Source: Myxococcota bacterium
GTDB lineage: Bacteria > Myxococcota_A > UBA9160 > UBA4427
DNA: 64,000 nt
Direction: 5' to 3'
Assembly (NCBI GenBank): GCA_965250285.1
Contig: OZ252299.1
Span: forward strand, 2,240,001-2,304,000
Each line of letters starts with the position of its first letter. Position 1 is the stretch's first letter. The translations under genes were made by a program, and so were the position numbers. Under the pieces are notes generated by a model that was not told where the DNA came from, searched no databases, and was given only the letters and a program-made list of their open reading frames with translations. This document shows, one piece after another, positions 18,858 to 28,332 of this stretch.

Positions 18858-18950
18858 GTCGAAGGGCAGGCACGCCCTCGAATCCCGTTTTGGTCGAGGG
18901 GAAGCCATCCCCCCGCCCTTCATCTCCGTCGAGGGCAGGCAGACCCTCTC
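18858..18950. repeat. three 35-bp-periodic GTCGA-hairpin repeats upstream of the bufferin precursor
   Basis: GTCGA at 18858, 18893 and 18928, followed respectively by GGGC-AGGCAC-GCCC, GGGGA-AGCCA-TCCCC and GAGGG-CAGGCAGA-CCCTC stem-loops. Confidence 0.6.
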
Positions 18951-19289
18951 GTGGCGTGGCCCGGTGGCTCGCGGCTGACCTGGAGCGCACACGAAGCAGC
19001 CCGGCCCAGCCGTGACCGCGATCACCCGCCCCCCTCGCCGGCTCGTCACCGTGTACGTCACGGCGCCCGGTTGGTTTCAGCGAACCGAGATTTCTCGGCC
19101 CGCCGAAGCCCGTTCACGCCGCGCTCGATAGATTCGTCCAGCTCGCAGCGCGACGCACCGCTCCGGGCGGAGTGATATGCTGCACCCCGACGGCGTGCCG
19201 CCGAAACGAAGGGCTCGCATGGGCCTACGGGGCGGCCCAGCACTGTGCCGACTGGGGCTCAGCACCCGCATCATCCCGGAGAGCCACCG

Positions 19290-20144
19290 ATGAGCGACAC
19301 CCCCTTCGAAGTCCGCCCTCTCGCCGGCTCGATCGGTGCCGAGATTCGCGGCATCGATGTCTCGCGTGCCGTCGATCCGACCCTCGCCGAGAAGCTCCAG
19401 AGCCTGCTGGTCGATCACGGCGTGCTCGTGCTGCGCGATCAGGACATCACGCGCGAGCAGCATCTGGCCTTTGCGCGCACGCTCGGTGAGCCCGATCGGC
19501 ACCCGATCGCCCAGGGCCTCGACGAGATGCCCGACATGATCCGCGTCCACAAGCCGGCCGGCGAGGCCGCGTTCTTCGGGACGAGCTGGCATACCGACAA
19601 CACGTTCTTCGAGGAACCGAGCGCGGTCACGGTGCTGCACGGCGTGACAATTCCGCCCTACGGTGGCGACACGCTCTACGCGTCGACGGAGCGCGCCTGG
19701 GAAGGGCTCTCCGAGCCGCTGAAGCAGTTTCTGCGCCCACTGCAGGCGCGACACAGCGCACAACCCGCCTTCGACCCGCGCGTCGTCGGGGAGGAGAAGT
19801 ACCAGGGCGAAGCGTCGATCAAGTATGAGATGAGCGACGCCGTGTTCGCCGAGGTGACGCATCCCGTCGTGCGCACGCACCCCATCTCGGGACGCCTGTC
19901 GATCTTCGTGAACCCGATGTTCACCACCGGAATCGTCGGCCTCGAGCAGCACGAGAGCGACGCGATCCTTCAGATGCTCTACGCCCACGCGACCCGTCCC
20001 GAGTACACGTGCCGGGTGCGTTGGGAGACGAACAGCCTCGTGCTCTGGGACAACCGGCAGACCCAGCACTACGCCATCGACGACTACTCGAATCATGAGC
20101 GGCTCATGTATCGGGTCACGCTGCGAGGTGAGCGACCCGCGTGA
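19290..20144 (+). CDS. TauD/TfdA-family Fe(II)/2-oxoglutarate dioxygenase
   Basis: IGAEIRGID, WHTD (HxD), GGDTL, HPVVRTHP, WDNRQTQH and RVTL. Confidence 0.93.
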   Translation: MSDTPFEVRPLAGSIGAEIRGIDVSRAVDPTLAEKLQSLLVDHGVLVLRDQDITREQHLAFARTLGEPDRHPIAQGLDEMPDMIRVHKPAGEAAFFGTSWHTDNTFFEEPSAVTVLHGVTIPPYGGDTLYASTERAWEGLSEPLKQFLRPLQARHSAQPAFDPRVVGEEKYQGEASIKYEMSDAVFAEVTHPVVRTHPISGRLSIFVNPMFTTGIVGLEQHESDAILQMLYAHATRPEYTCRVRWETNSLVLWDNRQTQHYAIDDYSNHERLMYRVTLRGERPA

Positions 20145-21679
20145 ACCCGCCGACCGCGGTGCCCGAGAGGACACGGGGGCACGTGCGGCCCGCTCGGGCC
20201 GCGCGCGGCGTCTGTGCGGCGTGCGTCGGTGCGGTGCTGCTCGCGCTGGGCCCCGCCCTGCCCGTTCGCGCTCAGACCGAAGACCCGCTCGGCCCGCTCT
20301 TTCCACCCGTCGAGAATCCGATCGACGCGGCGACGACCACCGAACCACCGATCGAGCCCGTCCAGCCGATCGAGGACGAGGTCGCCGACAACGAGGCCGG
20401 CGCGGATGTCGTGCGACGCGCCCTCGAGACGCCCTCGTCCGAGCCGAGCGGCGAGGCGCCGATCGAGGCGAGCCAGCCCAGCGCCGCGGACGAGACGACA
20501 TCGCCGCCCGAGGACGGCATCGCCGAGCCCGTGGTTCCGCTCGATGCCGAAGCCACGGCCGACGCTGCAGCGGACACCGAAGCAGCGACCCAGGCCGAGC
20601 ACGATCAGCTGAGCGAGTCGCGCGATGCGCTCGAAGGCGTCGAAGAGAGCGCCGCGGACGAGAACATCGAGATCCAGATCCCCGAGCCGTGCACGGGCCC
20701 CTGGGACTGGGTGCAGTACTCGTCGGGCGAGTGGCTGCGCGGCGAGTTCAAGCGCATGCGGAAGAAGCGCTTCGAGATGCGCAGCACGCGATTCGACCGG
20801 CGCACCACCGACTGGAAGCACATTCGAGCGTTCTGCTTCGCCGAGAGCACCCGCTTCATCCTCTACGACCACACGGTGCTGGTCGGCAAGGGCACGCTCG
20901 AGAAGGGCGTGCTGACCGTCGTCGGCGACGACATCACCCAGGAGGCTCGGCGCGGAGACATCTGGGCGATCCTCCCGGGCGCGCCCCGCGAGATCAATCG
21001 CTGGCGAAGCAAGGTCACGGTCGGCATCGACACGTCGACGGGCAACACCGACACCGCGGGCGTGACCGGCACGGCGTCGATCGACCGCGAAGACCCGAGC
21101 ACCCACTTCCACGTCGACTACACGGGCACGTTCAACGCCACCGATGGCGAGACGATCGCGGCACGGCACCGCGTGAACCAGGCGATGAACGTCTACTTCA
21201 CCCGTCGGCTCTACGCGTCGCTGCCCTTCGTCGACTACACGTCCGACCGGTTCCAGAATCTGCAGAATCGGGTGGTGCCAGGGCTCAGCCTCGGCTGGAA
21301 GTTCTTCGACGACGACACCATCGAGTGGAGCGTCGACGGTGGCCTCGCCTATCAGTTCACCCAGTACGTCTCGGTGGCCGCCGACCAGAACCTCACCGAG
21401 AACGACTGGGGCCCACGCATCTCATCCTCACTCGACTGGACGATCGTCAAGAATCTCGATCTGGTGGTCGACCACAACACGGTGATCCTGCGCCGCGACT
21501 CGGGTCAGACGAACTTTCACACGAAAGCCGCGCTCAGCTACGAGATCACCGATCTGCTCTTCATCGAGCTGAGCGTGACCCACGACCGCATTCGCGACCC
21601 ACGCGAGAACGCCGACGGCACGACGCCCGAAAAGGACGACCTGCGGTACGTGTTCTCGCTCGGCCTCAACTTCGACTAG
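20141..21679 (+). CDS. DUF481-like outer-membrane beta-barrel protein with a long acidic N-terminal linker
   Basis: Signal peptide, E/P/A-rich linker, STGNTD, SDRFQNLQNR and C-terminal YVFSLGLNFD strand. GTGA overlap with the TauD gene. Confidence 0.7.
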   Translation: MNPPTAVPERTRGHVRPARAARGVCAACVGAVLLALGPALPVRAQTEDPLGPLFPPVENPIDAATTTEPPIEPVQPIEDEVADNEAGADVVRRALETPSSEPSGEAPIEASQPSAADETTSPPEDGIAEPVVPLDAEATADAAADTEAATQAEHDQLSESRDALEGVEESAADENIEIQIPEPCTGPWDWVQYSSGEWLRGEFKRMRKKRFEMRSTRFDRRTTDWKHIRAFCFAESTRFILYDHTVLVGKGTLEKGVLTVVGDDITQEARRGDIWAILPGAPREINRWRSKVTVGIDTSTGNTDTAGVTGTASIDREDPSTHFHVDYTGTFNATDGETIAARHRVNQAMNVYFTRRLYASLPFVDYTSDRFQNLQNRVVPGLSLGWKFFDDDTIEWSVDGGLAYQFTQYVSVAADQNLTENDWGPRISSSLDWTIVKNLDLVVDHNTVILRRDSGQTNFHTKAALSYEITDLLFIELSVTHDRIRDPRENADGTTPEKDDLRYVFSLGLNFD

Positions 21680-21700
21680 CGCGCTCGACCGCGCGCAGCC

Positions 21701-22240
21701 TCATGCGGTCAGCTTGGCGAGCAGCTCGTCCGCGACGCGTTCGGCGATCACGACCATCTCGTCGTCGGTGCGGTCCTGGATCGGGTGCTCGACGTAGACC
21801 GCGTCGGGCTCACCGCCCAGCGCGCGGGCCTGCACCTCGGCCCCGTCCTCGAACTCGACCGTGGCGACGAACGCCGAAGGGATGCCTCGCGACTCGAGAT
21901 CCAACGTGTCGTGCACACTGCACGACGTGCAGCTGCCTCAATCGGCGAGGGCTTCGATCACCGCGTCACAACGGGTCGCGATCTCCTGGCGCAGATCGGC
22001 CGGCGCAGGCTTGGTGAACGTCGGCTTGCGGTAGCGGACCACGTCGGCCCCATGCTCGCGCAGGCGCGCCTCGAGACGGTCGAGGAAGACGTCGCCCCGG
22101 GGCTTCGAGATGTCGAGCAGGCCGACGGTGCGGCCCTCGAACCCATCGAGCCGGGCGGCCCGCGGTCGGCCGTCGGGGGCGAGTTCGCCGGTCGGGTCGA
22201 GCAGCAGGCGCTCGCTGCGCGGGTCGATCGTTTCGCTCAT
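21701..22240 (-). CDS. UGSC-family selenoprotein (179 aa; in-frame UGA at 21940-21938 read as Sec)
   Basis: The two ORF-track fragments are in the same frame and join as VIEALAD-U-GSCTSCSVHDTL. A stem-loop follows the UGA. Confidence 0.85.
21908..21926 (-). promoter_or_regulatory. putative bacterial SECIS element
   Basis: GUCGUGCA-GUG-UGCACGAC: an 8-bp stem starting 11 nt after the UGA with a G-containing apical loop. Confidence 0.6.
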
Positions 22241-22304
22241 GATCGCTCCTCGGCTGCGGCCGTGCGGGACGGCCCTCGGGTGGACACGGTCGAGGCGGCC
22301 GCCT

Positions 22305-23750
22305 TCACGGCCGAATCTCGCGCGTGACGGGCTGACTGCCGATCTCGCCGTTCGCCCACCCGCCGATCATCGCAGAGAAGAGCCCCGCACCGCCACCGCA
22401 GTGCACGACGAGCAGCCCCTCCGGACGAAACTTCGGCAACATCGCGTCCTTCACGTGCTCGGGGGCCCCTTCGGCGATGCCCCCCGCACCCCGCACGAGC
22501 TCGGCACCCGGGATCAGCAGCAGCTCGTGGAGCCGCTTCTTGAGGTCGTCCTTCGACCAGCCCGCGTCGCGGAACACGCGCGAGTGATCGGGGGCCACGG
22601 CGAGGATGCAGTCGAAGGCCATGATCAGCTTCGGGTGATGCAGCGTGCGCAGGTTGACGGCGAAGCTTCGCGCGAGGCTCTCGGGGTCTCGCGAGAGCTG
22701 ATCGACGATGCTCCGCGGGCCCTCGCCCGGAAACACCGTCACGGTGTCGACGCCCGGCTCGTAGCCGTAGTCGGCCGAGAGCGGCGTCCACGGCGACGCC
22801 TCTTCGTCTTCGGCAAAGCAGAACGAGAGCTTGCCCGGGTTGCCGAACGTCGCGCGATCGACCTCGCCCGGCCGACCGCCGCCGACGTTGCGCACGACGA
22901 GTTGCAGGGCCCGGCCGATCGTCGAGTTCGCGCGGTTGCCCTGCCCGAATACGTTGCCAGCGGCGTTCATCCCGATCCGCCGGCGCACGCCTCCGTTCAC
23001 GATCACGACCGGCGACACGGGCATCGTCGTCGCCAAGAGACCGTGCATGTTGAAAGCGTCGGTGCAGACGGCCTCGACGGCGGCGAGCACGACCGGCAGA
23101 TACTCGGGCAGGCAGCCCGCCATCACGGCGTTGACCGCGACCTTCTCGACCGTGCACGGCGCGAGGTCGGGCGGCACCACCGCGACCACCTCGTCGGGCT
23201 TGCGCAACGTGCCCGCGAGCATGCGCGCGACCCGCGAGCGCGTCGGTGGCACGAGCGGCAGGCCATCGCTCCAGCCGCGCGCGAACATGGCCTCGATCGG
23301 ATCCTCCTGTTCGCCGAGCTCGACGGGCCGCGATGCGAGCGAAAGGCCACCGAAGCGCACGGCGAGCTCGGGGGCGAGTTCGGGATCGACTGAACGCGAG
23401 CCACAGCCCGGCCGCTGCTCGGGCAGCCCTGCCCCGAGGCCTTCGAGCCCGGTGACCGCCTCCCACTCGCCGCGATGCCAGCCGATGGCCCGCTCGGCCT
23501 CGCGGCCGCCCGAGCGGCGCACGATCGTGGGCACGGCCTCGATGCCGCTGCGCCACGAATGCTCGAGCTCGCGGTCGTCGACGACGTCACCCGCCGCAGG
23601 AAAGCTCGGATCGTCCTGGGTGAACACGACGAGGCCAGAGCGCTCCCCGATCTCGGCGAGCACCGGCTCGACGAGCTCGCAGGTCGGGCAATCGCGTTTC
23701 ACGAAGGCGACCAGCCCTTCGTCGGGCAGCGTCGCTGCGGTGCGGGCCAT
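22305..23750 (-). CDS. thioredoxin-like (CxxC) domain fused to a conserved UGSC-associated domain
   Basis: N-terminal KRDCPTC and IEAVPT, linker PGCGS, then WSDGLPLVPPT, VAVNAVMAGC and GNRANSTIGRALQL. Confidence 0.75.
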   Translation of the reverse strand: MARTAATLPDEGLVAFVKRDCPTCELVEPVLAEIGERSGLVVFTQDDPSFPAAGDVVDDRELEHSWRSGIEAVPTIVRRSGGREAERAIGWHRGEWEAVTGLEGLGAGLPEQRPGCGSRSVDPELAPELAVRFGGLSLASRPVELGEQEDPIEAMFARGWSDGLPLVPPTRSRVARMLAGTLRKPDEVVAVVPPDLAPCTVEKVAVNAVMAGCLPEYLPVVLAAVEAVCTDAFNMHGLLATTMPVSPVVIVNGGVRRRIGMNAAGNVFGQGNRANSTIGRALQLVVRNVGGGRPGEVDRATFGNPGKLSFCFAEDEEASPWTPLSADYGYEPGVDTVTVFPGEGPRSIVDQLSRDPESLARSFAVNLRTLHHPKLIMAFDCILAVAPDHSRVFRDAGWSKDDLKKRLHELLLIPGAELVRGAGGIAEGAPEHVKDAMLPKFRPEGLLVVHCGGGAGLFSAMIGGWANGEIGSQPVTREIRP

Positions 23751-23968
23751 GGCACGCCTCCTTCGAAGTCGGACGGGCGCTCGCGCCCGTGCCTCGAGCG
23801 TCGCCCACGGCGCGCGCGCGCGCCAACGGCGCTTCGCGCGGGCCGTCTCGATGCACCGTCACCGCGCGTCATCACCCGGGTCACGACGCCGGTCACGACC
23901 ACGACCCGCGCAGGGCTCGGCCGGCTAGACTGCAGGCCCGAACCGATGCCCGCTCACCCGAGGTCCCG

Positions 23969-25150
23969 ATGCCCGCGATCGACTATCCCGTCTTCGACGC
24001 CGACAACCACTACTACGAAGCCCAGGACGCCTTCACCCGACACCTCGACCCCCGCGTGGGCGGCCGCACCGTGCAGTGGTGCGAGATCGAAGGTCGGCGC
24101 TACCACGTCGTCGGGGGCCGCGTGAGTCGGGCCGTCGCGAACCCGACGTTCGACCCGATCGCGAAGCCCGGGTGCATGTGTGACTACTTCCGAGGCAATC
24201 CGAACGGCCGCAATCCGATCGAGTTCCTCCGCGACCGCGAGCCGATTCGCGCCGAGTACCTCGACCGCGACGCCCGCGTGAAGGTGCTGACCGAGCAGGG
24301 CCTCGAGGCAATCTGGCTCTTCCCGACCCTCGGCGTGCTCTACGAAGAGCTGCTCAAGGAAGACCCCGAAGCGATCACCTGGACGTTCAGGGCGTTCAAC
24401 CAGTGGCTGCACGAAGACTGGGGCTTCGACTACCAAGAGAAGATCTTCGCCGCGCCCTACCTCTCGCTGGCCGACCTCGACTGGGCCGTCCGGGAGCTCG
24501 AGTGGTGCCTCGAGCACGGCGCCCGGCTCATCTGCATCCGCCCCTCGGCGGTCTACTCGCCGATGGGATCGAATTCGCCCGCAGACCCGGTCTTCGACCC
24601 CTTCTGGGCCCGGGTCAACGAGGCCGGCATCACGGTGGTCGTTCACGCGGGCGACTCGGGCTACAGCAGCCAGGGCTACGCCGACGACCGCTTCGGCGCC
24701 ACGTTCGGCGGGGGCTACGGCCCCTCGGTCAAGACGTGGGCGATCGAGCGCGCGTGCCAGGACTTCCTCGCCACGCTGATGTTCGACCGACTCTTCGAGC
24801 GCTTCCCGCGCGTGCGGGTCGCGGCGATCGAGAACGGCTCCGAGTACCTGCCCGATCTGTTCCGCAAGCTCGAATCGAGCGCGAAGCGCATGCCGGGCTA
24901 CTACGCGGAGCACCCGGTCGAGCTCTTCAAGCGCAACGTCTGGATCAACCCGTTCTGGGAGGACGACGTACGCGAGGTGGTCGACCAGATGGGCCCCGAC
25001 CGCGTGATCTTCGGCTCCGACTGGCCGCACATCGAGGGCATGCCCCGGCCGCTCGACTTCCTCGACGAGCTCGACGGCTTCAGCGACGCCGAGGTGCAGC
25101 GCATCATGCGCGACAACGCGCGCGAGCTGAACACGCCCATCTCGGGTTGA
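23969..25150 (+). CDS. amidohydrolase_2 family protein
   Basis: DADNHYYE, FDPFWARVNE, VVHAG, IENG and FGSDWPHIEG. Confidence 0.9.
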   Translation: MPAIDYPVFDADNHYYEAQDAFTRHLDPRVGGRTVQWCEIEGRRYHVVGGRVSRAVANPTFDPIAKPGCMCDYFRGNPNGRNPIEFLRDREPIRAEYLDRDARVKVLTEQGLEAIWLFPTLGVLYEELLKEDPEAITWTFRAFNQWLHEDWGFDYQEKIFAAPYLSLADLDWAVRELEWCLEHGARLICIRPSAVYSPMGSNSPADPVFDPFWARVNEAGITVVVHAGDSGYSSQGYADDRFGATFGGGYGPSVKTWAIERACQDFLATLMFDRLFERFPRVRVAAIENGSEYLPDLFRKLESSAKRMPGYYAEHPVELFKRNVWINPFWEDDVREVVDQMGPDRVIFGSDWPHIEGMPRPLDFLDELDGFSDAEVQRIMRDNARELNTPISG

Positions 25151-25238
25151 GATGCCCGCGCATCGATCGATCTGGCCGGCACCGTGCGGCACCGACCCGA
25201 TCACCGGGCGGCCCGCCGAGCCCGGGAGCGCCAGCTGA

Positions 25239-27479
25239 ATGAAGTGGCTCGCAGCGCTCGGTGCAGTGGCGTTGTGCGCGGTCATCGGCTTCGCTGCGTG
25301 TGGGGGCGGGGACCTGCCGCCGGGCGAGATCGCGGGCGACAAGCGCGATGCAGCGCTCGACGGCCAACGTGCCCGAGGCCAGGCCGAGGCGCGCGAGGCC
25401 ATGGGTGAGCCCGGTGGTCAGATCCTCTTCGGAGATCTGCACGTCCATACGCAGTACTCGATCGATGCCTATCTCTACGCCCTTCCGATCTTCTCGACCG
25501 GCGACGGCGGCCACCCACCCGCCGACGCCTGCGACTACGCGCGCCACTGCTCGGCCCTCGACTTCTTCTCGCTGAACGACCACGCCGAGGGCATCACGCC
25601 CGAGCGCTGGCAGGCGACCATCGAGAGCCTGCGCGAGTGCGACGCGCGCGCCGGCGACCCAGACGACCCCGACATCGTCCCCTTCCTCGGCTGGGAGTGG
25701 ACGCAGGTCGGCACGACCCCGGAGACGCATTTCGGCCACAAGAACGTGGTGCTGCGCGGCCTCGAAGACGACGCGATCACGGCGCGCCCGATCGCATATC
25801 GACCCGCCGAGGACATGGACCGCGCCCCGAATCCCCTCGCGCTGCGGACGGGCGAGGCGCTCGCTCGGCTGGCGGGCCAGCCCTACGCCGACTTCCTGTG
25901 GTGGCTCGGCCGGCTGCTCGCGATGCCGGCCTGTTCGACGGACACACCCAGCCCCGACCTCCCGACCGACTGCCTCGAGAGCGCCACGACCCCGGCCGAT
26001 CTCTTTCGCAAGCTCGACGAGTGGGGTGTCGACAGCCTGGTGATCCCGCACGGCCTCGCCTGGGGGATTCACGCGCCACCGGGTGCGCGCCTCGACGTGC
26101 AGCTCGAGCCCGGGCAGCACGACGGTTCGCGTCAGACGCTGCTCGAGGTGTTCTCGGGCCATGGCAACAGCGAGGTGTACCGCGAAGCGCTGCGTCGAAC
26201 CGATGCGGGGTCGGGGGACGAGGTCTGTCCCGCGCCGACCGCAGACGTGCTGCCGTGCTGTTGGCAAGCGGGTGAGCTCATGCGCGCGCGCTGCGGTGAC
26301 CTGCCAGCCGACCAGTGCGAAGCGAAGGTCGAGGCGGCACGTCGCAACGCCTTGGCCGCCGGGACCAAGCCCTATGGCGTCGTCCCCGACGCGGGCGTCG
26401 AGGAGTGGCTCGACTGCGACCAGTGCCGGGACTGCTTCAAGCCGGCCTACACGCTGCGCCCGGCGATGACGGCCCAGTACGCCCTCGCCATCGAGCAGGA
26501 GCCCGAAGACGGCGGCGAAGTCGGCACCGACCCACGCTTTCGCTTCGGCTTCATCGCATCGAGCGACACCCACAGCGCCCGCGCCGGCACCGGCTTCAAG
26601 CAGGTGCGTCGACTCGAGTCGACCGACTCGCGCGGCCTCGCCGACACCGCGCTCGTGCGGCGCATCGCCGGCGTCGACGCGCCGCCGCCGCCGATCGACG
26701 AACGCCCCGCCGTCGTCCGGCCCAACCCGCGCAGCTTCGATGCGCTCTTCGATACCGAACGCACCTCGAGCTTTCTCTACCCCGGTGGCCTCGTCGCCGT
26801 CCACGCTGACGGTCGTAGCCGGGACGCCATCTGGCGGGCACTCGAGCGTCGCCACGTCTACGGCACGAGCGGCCCCCGAATCCTGCTCTGGTTCGACCTG
26901 GTCGACGAGCGCGGCGCCCGCACGCCGATGGGTGGCAGCGCCGTGCGCAATGCACCCCCGACCTTCGAGGTGAAGGCAGTCGGTGCGTTCGAGCAGCGTC
27001 CCGGCTGCCCTGACCGGGCCGGTGCGGGGCTGAGCCGGGCCGCGCTCGAGGCGCTCTGCTACGGCGAGTGTGATCATCCCGGCGACGTGCGCATCCCGAT
27101 CGAGGCGATCGAGATCGTGCGCATCCGGCCACAGACCGCCTCGGGCGAGCCGCTTCAGGATCGCATCGAGGACCCCTGGAGACGCTTCGAGTGCGAGCCG
27201 GACCCGGCCGGGTGCCGCGTTCGCTTTCGTGACGACGCGTTCGCATCGGCCGGGGGCGACGTGGTGTACTACGCGCGCGCGCTCCAGCGACCGACTCCCG
27301 CCATCAACGGTGCCGGCGCGCGCGTGCGCTTCGACGACGCAGGCCGCGCCGTCTCCGCACGGCCCTGCCTGGCTGGCATCGGGGGCGACGCCGGCGACGA
27401 TTGTCTTGCACCCGTTTCGGAGCGCGCCTGGTCATCTCCGATCTTCGTCGATCGGATGCGGGGAGACGGGCGCCCCTGA
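25239..27479 (+). CDS. DUF3604 (PHP-like) Cys-rich lipoprotein
   Basis: Lipobox FAAC, FGDLHVHT, LNDHAE, GWEWT, GHKNV, FIASSDTH, YGTSGPRI and ERAWSSPIF. Confidence 0.85.
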   Translation: MKWLAALGAVALCAVIGFAACGGGDLPPGEIAGDKRDAALDGQRARGQAEAREAMGEPGGQILFGDLHVHTQYSIDAYLYALPIFSTGDGGHPPADACDYARHCSALDFFSLNDHAEGITPERWQATIESLRECDARAGDPDDPDIVPFLGWEWTQVGTTPETHFGHKNVVLRGLEDDAITARPIAYRPAEDMDRAPNPLALRTGEALARLAGQPYADFLWWLGRLLAMPACSTDTPSPDLPTDCLESATTPADLFRKLDEWGVDSLVIPHGLAWGIHAPPGARLDVQLEPGQHDGSRQTLLEVFSGHGNSEVYREALRRTDAGSGDEVCPAPTADVLPCCWQAGELMRARCGDLPADQCEAKVEAARRNALAAGTKPYGVVPDAGVEEWLDCDQCRDCFKPAYTLRPAMTAQYALAIEQEPEDGGEVGTDPRFRFGFIASSDTHSARAGTGFKQVRRLESTDSRGLADTALVRRIAGVDAPPPPIDERPAVVRPNPRSFDALFDTERTSSFLYPGGLVAVHADGRSRDAIWRALERRHVYGTSGPRILLWFDLVDERGARTPMGGSAVRNAPPTFEVKAVGAFEQRPGCPDRAGAGLSRAALEALCYGECDHPGDVRIPIEAIEIVRIRPQTASGEPLQDRIEDPWRRFECEPDPAGCRVRFRDDAFASAGGDVVYYARALQRPTPAINGAGARVRFDDAGRAVSARPCLAGIGGDAGDDCLAPVSERAWSSPIFVDRMRGDGRP

Positions 27480-27605
27480 TCGCGAGGCACCGGCCGTTCG
27501 CGCGTGTGCGGGTGTCTTCCGCCTCGGCACCGCGCACGATCGTGCACAGCCCTGTGCTACACCGCGGTTCGATGCGGGCCTGCCCCGCCTTCGGAGGATT
27601 CGCCC

Positions 27606-28151
27606 GTGCCTTCGCCCCGCCCGCGACTGAACCGGCTCTTCTCGACTTCGGCCCGCGCCACGCTGGCGATTGGTCTGCTCGTCGCTGCGATCGGGGTCGG
27701 ATGCGCCGGCCGTCTGTCCGGGGTCGTCGACTTCGATGCGGACACCGACTTCGACTCGAAGCGCACGCTCGCCTTCTACGAAGATGCGTTCCCCCTCGAA
27801 CGCAAGCAGACCGAGACACGCCAGCTGATTCGCGCGGCCATCGAGCAGAACCTGCGCAGCCGCGGCTACGGCTTCGGCCGCGCCGGCGAAGCCGATCTCT
27901 TGATCGTCTACCACGTGGGCAACCGCGCCAAGGTCCACTTCGGCGGCACAATGACGTCGGGCGAGCGCGAAGCGAGCCTGTCCATCGCCTTTCAGGATCC
28001 CGTCACCCGTCGCAGCGTTTGGTACGGCACGGTCGAGCAGACCTGGAGCGGCGAGGCCGACGTCGCTGAGCGCGTCGACACGGCGGTCACGACCCTGCTC
28101 GCGAACTTCCCGCCCGAAGGCGACGGCGGCGAGGTGCGCATCCGCGAGTAG
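27606..28151 (+). CDS. DUF4136-like lipoprotein
   Basis: GGAGG RBS and GTG start. Lipobox VGC, IRAAIEQNLRSRGY, ADLLIVY, VWYG and LLANFPP. Confidence 0.7.
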   Translation: MPSPRPRLNRLFSTSARATLAIGLLVAAIGVGCAGRLSGVVDFDADTDFDSKRTLAFYEDAFPLERKQTETRQLIRAAIEQNLRSRGYGFGRAGEADLLIVYHVGNRAKVHFGGTMTSGEREASLSIAFQDPVTRRSVWYGTVEQTWSGEADVAERVDTAVTTLLANFPPEGDGGEVRIRE

Positions 28152-28176
28152 TGTGCGGCAGCTGCGTCTCGACGTG

Positions 28177-28189
28177 TAAGCGCTTGATT
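28177..28189 (-). promoter_or_regulatory. possible IHF-binding site
   Basis: The minus strand reads AATCAA-GCGC-TTA, an exact match to WATCAANNNNTTR, upstream of the PEP-CTERM gene. Confidence 0.35.
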
Positions 28190-28332
28190 TCGATTCGGAA
28201 TACGCGCAAGTGACACCGCGACGCCCAATCGGCGCAACACGCTGCGCTCTGTCGAACCACTCACCCCAGTCGAGTCGATCCGCGGCTCGCTCGAGCCGCC
28301 GGGCGCGGGTGCCCACGCAGGGAGAGACCAAC

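Noticed and set aside
18858..18950. Mini CRISPR array
   Set aside because: The 35-bp period is too short for repeat plus spacer, the repeats are degenerate, and no cas genes are present.
21701..22240. Two small genes or a nonsense pseudogene
   Set aside because: The shared frame, the UGA in a U-G-S-C motif and the downstream hairpin fit selenocysteine recoding better.
23855..23910. GTCAC/CACGAC short repeats in a divergent intergenic region
   Set aside because: They are short, irregular and compatible with chance in GC-rich DNA.
28229..28246. Sigma-54 promoter for the PEP-CTERM gene
   Set aside because: The GG-to-GC spacing is one base too long for a -24/-12 promoter.
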